Source: a virus. Taken from it: a stretch of 64,000 nucleotides of DNA. The notes under the pieces were generated by a model, which saw nothing but the letters and a program-made list of their open reading frames with translations, was not told the DNA's origin and searched no databases. Location of the stretch: IMG/VR virus record IMGVR_UViG_3300010413_000020, positions 1-64,000 of that record; one strand, 5' to 3'. The stretch's first letter is position 1, and each line of letters opens with the position of its first letter. A program made the translations under genes and the position numbers. Below, in pieces: positions 60,566 to 64,000 of the stretch.

Positions 60566-61349
60566 TGGTACCATCCGCATGTGCCGGACATATTCGTTGG
60601 TAGTCACACCAACCGCATAGAGGTCCTGGCCGCACCAAACTGTGTTTGTGAGCTTCGACAGTTGCTTCGTTAAGAAATTTTGTTATGTCTTCGAAGATAG
60701 GCTGAACGTCCCTCACGTCCTGCAACTTCTTAACGAATTCTATGGTATCTTCTTTCAAAAAATTAATACCCGTTTGAATGCGTTCCAATTCAGGCAAATG
60801 CGCCTTCAATAGAAGAGTATACGCATTGAACTGGGATTTAAAATAATTTAGAGCTCGGTACTTACCCGTTTTGTGGTCAAGGATTATTGCGTCATTTGTG
60901 CCTTTAAACGTCATATACAAATCAATAACTCCGCGCAAAAACCCATTGTTGTTAAAAAATTCAATAGGATTTCCATCAAAATCTATTCCAAACCGTTGTT
61001 CCATCTTGGGCGCATTAGCATTATGCCGAGTACAATAAGCATTAAACTTCCGCAGGAAATTATAGGCGGCTGGTCTTAATGCCAGAGCTCTTTCTATTTC
61101 ATTGGAAGTTAAATTGAATTCTTCAATTGCAAATTTAAACGCGGCGTCAACGGGGCGACCACAAAGAGCAAACTCTACCGCACGGTGTACTGCTTGTCCT
61201 ATGAGAGCATCAGCATTTGGAGGTAAATCCATCTTCTTTTTGGTGATATATTGAAGATAGAATTTGTGGGGGCACTGCTTGGCGGTATCAGCTTTACTGA
61301 TTGACCAAGGAGCGTGTTCTTTGACAAATGTTGTGGGTTTAATTGTCAT
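60531..61349 (-). CDS. PD-(D/E)XK RecB/Cas4-like exonuclease
   Basis: WSIS....CP, G.AVH..E, RGVIDL, DHKTG, Q...Y, C.WC.Y...C. Confidence 0.85.
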   Translation of the reverse strand: MTIKPTTFVKEHAPWSISKADTAKQCPHKFYLQYITKKKMDLPPNADALIGQAVHRAVEFALCGRPVDAAFKFAIEEFNLTSNEIERALALRPAAYNFLRKFNAYCTRHNANAPKMEQRFGIDFDGNPIEFFNNNGFLRGVIDLYMTFKGTNDAIILDHKTGKYRALNYFKSQFNAYTLLLKAHLPELERIQTGINFLKEDTIEFVKKLQDVRDVQPIFEDITKFLNEATVEAHKHSLVRPGPLCGWCDYQRICPAHADGTNGNKEKEQRAD

Positions 61350-61378
61350 TGGGTCACTCCTATATAGGGAGGAGAGAA

Positions 61379-61396
61379 AGGGGGATTATTCCCCCT
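61379..61396 (-). terminator. hairpin, possible terminator
   Basis: AGGGGGA-TTAT-TCCCCCT, pyrimidine-rich on the minus strand after the stem. Confidence 0.45.
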
Positions 61397-61418
61397 AACT
61401 CCCTCGCTATTGTCTTAC

Positions 61419-62462
61419 TTAAACGTTGGCTTCGTCGTCTGGGGCATCTCCCATATCACCGTAATCAGGACCACCTTTTGCGTCGTCCTCGGTGATAAGG
61501 CCTGCCGAACCTCCGCCGTCACCTTCGTTTTTGGGACCACCATTATCATCCAGAGCTTCTTTAGCTTGGCGATAAACAGAGGCTATTCCCGGAATTACAT
61601 GAGTATATTCCAGCATGGAACACATTAGATCACAGAAAGGATGCAGTTCTTCAGGAACAAGTTCTTCCTCGGGCTCAACTACCATCACATACCATCTTCG
61701 ATTTCTGTCGGCAGTGTTAGTCTTGGCTTCTGCAGTTATGCGGTACCATTTAGCCCAGTTATCTGTAGAACGTTTAACAAATTTCAACAATTGCTTTCCT
61801 GCAGGTTCCGAAGTTTTCTGGAAACGCACTAGGACTATATCTTCCAGATTTTTGGAAAGCATGAATGCAACAACATCGTTTGCACACTTTTGTTTTTGTC
61901 CGTCTTTCCAAGGACGATGAGGACAACTTTCGCATTCACCATAAGTCGAACCCATTTTCCTATCCATGCTGTTGCAAATGGGCATGCGCACGCTATCACC
62001 GGCATCTGCATCTCCCCACATAGTTCGACCCGCCCAAAGTGCAACAACCGTACCTTCAAATTCGGGTCCAACATTTTCTTTTGTTGTTAGATAATAATGG
62101 CCAGGTATTTGATTTTCAGGACGATTCGGGTCATTTCCTGTTCCGTGATAAATACGCAATTCAGGAAAGTCCGGACGTCCATCGGCATCGTAAACGCCTT
62201 TTCGTTTACCGGAAGCCCTTCTAATGATTTCGCTGATTCCATCCGCCATTTCATCGGGGAGATCATCTAAAACTTTTTGGAGGTCATGTGATGTTGGGAG
62301 AGCTGACGCTACACGTTCAACATCTTTAGCATAACGTTCCATAAAAAGTTCATTGTTGTATCCCAGCGTAGCTGCAAGAGATGTTTCTTCGGGTTTATCT
62401 AATGCAGTTTCAGTGGATGTAGTTGTTTCTTCCGTATTGGATTTCTCTTTCTTTTGTCCCAT
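61419..62462 (-). CDS. putative ssDNA-binding/annealing protein
   Basis: Replication-cluster position, C..C..C cluster, acidic Gly-rich C-terminal tail. Confidence 0.45.
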   Translation of the reverse strand: MGQKKEKSNTEETTTSTETALDKPEETSLAATLGYNNELFMERYAKDVERVASALPTSHDLQKVLDDLPDEMADGISEIIRRASGKRKGVYDADGRPDFPELRIYHGTGNDPNRPENQIPGHYYLTTKENVGPEFEGTVVALWAGRTMWGDADAGDSVRMPICNSMDRKMGSTYGECESCPHRPWKDGQKQKCANDVVAFMLSKNLEDIVLVRFQKTSEPAGKQLLKFVKRSTDNWAKWYRITAEAKTNTADRNRRWYVMVVEPEEELVPEELHPFCDLMCSMLEYTHVIPGIASVYRQAKEALDDNGGPKNEGDGGGSAGLITEDDAKGGPDYGDMGDAPDDEANV

Positions 62463-62570
62463 AAAAGCCTCCTTTATTGTGTGGGTTTGGGGGGCAAGAG
62501 GAAATACTACGTCAAACTACTTGCGTTGTCCATGATTTTTATTTAAATGTAATATTAAAGGAGATTTACA

Positions 62571-63587
62571 ATGCAGGATTATTTTACCGATAAAATTTAC
62601 CAACTCTATTATGATGAAGTTGGAAAACATCCAATCCTATCACCTACCGAAGAACGGGACTTATTACTTCGCTATCACAATTGTTCAGGTTGCAAACGGC
62701 GATTACCTTCCCGTATTGCAGTTAAGAACTGCCCCGCTTGCGGTACTGTTGTACCTTCCCATATTTCTGGCAAAGATTACACCTGCGAAAATTGTGACCA
62801 CAAGTTTGATACCCATATGGCTCCGCGAATATGCCCATATTGTGGATCTCCTAGAGATTTGGAGGCTCGACAAAAGCTTGTCGAATCTAATCTCCGTTTT
62901 GTCATTCGACGTGCCAAGAGTATCACAACTAAACCAGAACACTTAAGAAAGTTAGTATCTGCGGGCAATGTAGGATTAATGCTTGCAATAGATAAATTCA
63001 GTCTTGAACGTCAGACGCGATTTTTGACTTATGCTGAATGGTGGATACGTAAAGAAATGTTTGATGAAATACATTCATCTAGTTTCATTCACGTACCCAC
63101 ACATCGTCAAAAATCATTACGCCGAGAACAGAAAGAAGGAAAATACATTTGTAAACATTGTGGCCTACGTACTGATGATCCTGACTCACGAGAACATTGG
63201 ACAGGTTGTACTGACATAGACCATGAATTTATTCTTCCATTAAATAATGATTCAGCGGTTTTAAATGATGCAGTTTCATTAGACGATGTTACCTTAGTTG
63301 ATACTTCCAATGTAGAAAATCTTGCAATTGATTCTGACGCACAAGAACATTTACATGCGGCAATACAGGACATGACATTAAGTGAGCGTGATCGATTTAT
63401 TATCATGGGATACTTTAATGTACCACTTCCTGATAGAAAATCGGAACCTAAAAGCTTACATCAATTAGCTGCATTGACTGGAATTACTCCAGAACGCGTC
63501 CGTCAAATCAAAGAAGAAACACTGAAAGTATTGCGAAAAGAATTAAAAAGGCGGGCAATAGAGGGGGTGGATGAAGTTTGTATTTAA
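62571..63587 (+). CDS. sigma-70-family sigma factor with Zn-ribbon insertions
   Basis: LS..EE..L, ARQKLVESNLRFV...A, GNVGL..AIDKF, RF.TYA.WWIR, ITPERVRQI. Confidence 0.9.
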   Translation: MQDYFTDKIYQLYYDEVGKHPILSPTEERDLLLRYHNCSGCKRRLPSRIAVKNCPACGTVVPSHISGKDYTCENCDHKFDTHMAPRICPYCGSPRDLEARQKLVESNLRFVIRRAKSITTKPEHLRKLVSAGNVGLMLAIDKFSLERQTRFLTYAEWWIRKEMFDEIHSSSFIHVPTHRQKSLRREQKEGKYICKHCGLRTDDPDSREHWTGCTDIDHEFILPLNNDSAVLNDAVSLDDVTLVDTSNVENLAIDSDAQEHLHAAIQDMTLSERDRFIIMGYFNVPLPDRKSEPKSLHQLAALTGITPERVRQIKEETLKVLRKELKRRAIEGVDEVCI

Positions 63588-64000
63588 CTACTCTTCGACA
63601 ATAAGGCCGGATGCAATCTCGAAACCTTCGAGAACACCTTGATAGAATTCCCGCTTACGTGAGCTGCTGGTATTTTGAAGTTTTTCTCCATAATATTCCA
63701 TCCACTCTAACGCCTTATCTTTGGAAATCATCTTAACCAGTTTTCGAACGTCTGGGTCAGCATAGTCAGTAATTTGAATTTTTGGTCCTGGTTTCTTTTT
63801 ACTACCGCCGCCAGCTTTGGCTTCTTTCTTCTTACCTTTCTCTGCACTTCCTTTGCTGGCTCCTCCGGCGGTAGGTTTCGGTGCTGCTTTAGCTTTCCGG
63901 TCTACGAAGATATCTATTTTGTCTCCGATGTCTTGGGCAGTCATACCCTGTAGGGCGTATTCCACCATTTTATCGTAGAAGACTTTATCCTCTTCGTAGT
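63588..64000 (-). CDS. hypothetical protein, 5'-partial
   Basis: Frame is open to the window end (YEEDKVFYDKMVEY...). Confidence 0.6.
   Translation of the reverse strand, partial: YEEDKVFYDKMVEYALQGMTAQDIGDKIDIFVDRKAKAAPKPTAGGASKGSAEKGKKKEAKAGGGSKKKPGPKIQITDYADPDVRKLVKMISKDKALEWMEYYGEKLQNTSSSRKREFYQGVLEGFEIASGLIVEE

Noticed and set aside
60531-61349. CRISPR Cas4 serving the array
   Set aside because: It sits in a replication cluster with primase and an SSB-like gene, the usual context for phage PD-(D/E)XK exonucleases.

Overview
64 kb fragment of a large tailed-phage (jumbo/myovirus-like) genome, standard genetic code, no host-like housekeeping genes. The minus strand carries mostly replication and nucleotide genes: dNMP kinase, DinG helicase, family-4 UDG, class II RNR, RuvC-like resolvase, PolA with a UDG-like N-terminus, primase-helicase and PD-(D/E)XK exonuclease. 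The plus strand carries mostly virion genes (tail chaperone pair with a candidate -1 frameshift, tape measure, 1895-aa repeat fibre, baseplate genes, GpA-like terminase) and two sigma factors. The most notable observation is a candidate dispersed retron-like system with three parts. (i) A retron-type reverse transcriptase (44832-46004) coupled to unknown Cys-rich genes downstream of a vWA gene. (ii) A retron msr-msd-like element at 8176-8328 with an a1/a2-type inverted repeat and a candidate branch G. (iii) An array at about 53287-54115 of ten 14-nt repeats (GGCACTGCTGTCTT), each followed by a different long hairpin. The core CACTGCTGT is shared between (ii) and (iii). A second densely hairpinned non-coding element lies at about 5030-5452. 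All folds and family calls were made by eye, with no searches run, and the link between the three parts is inference.
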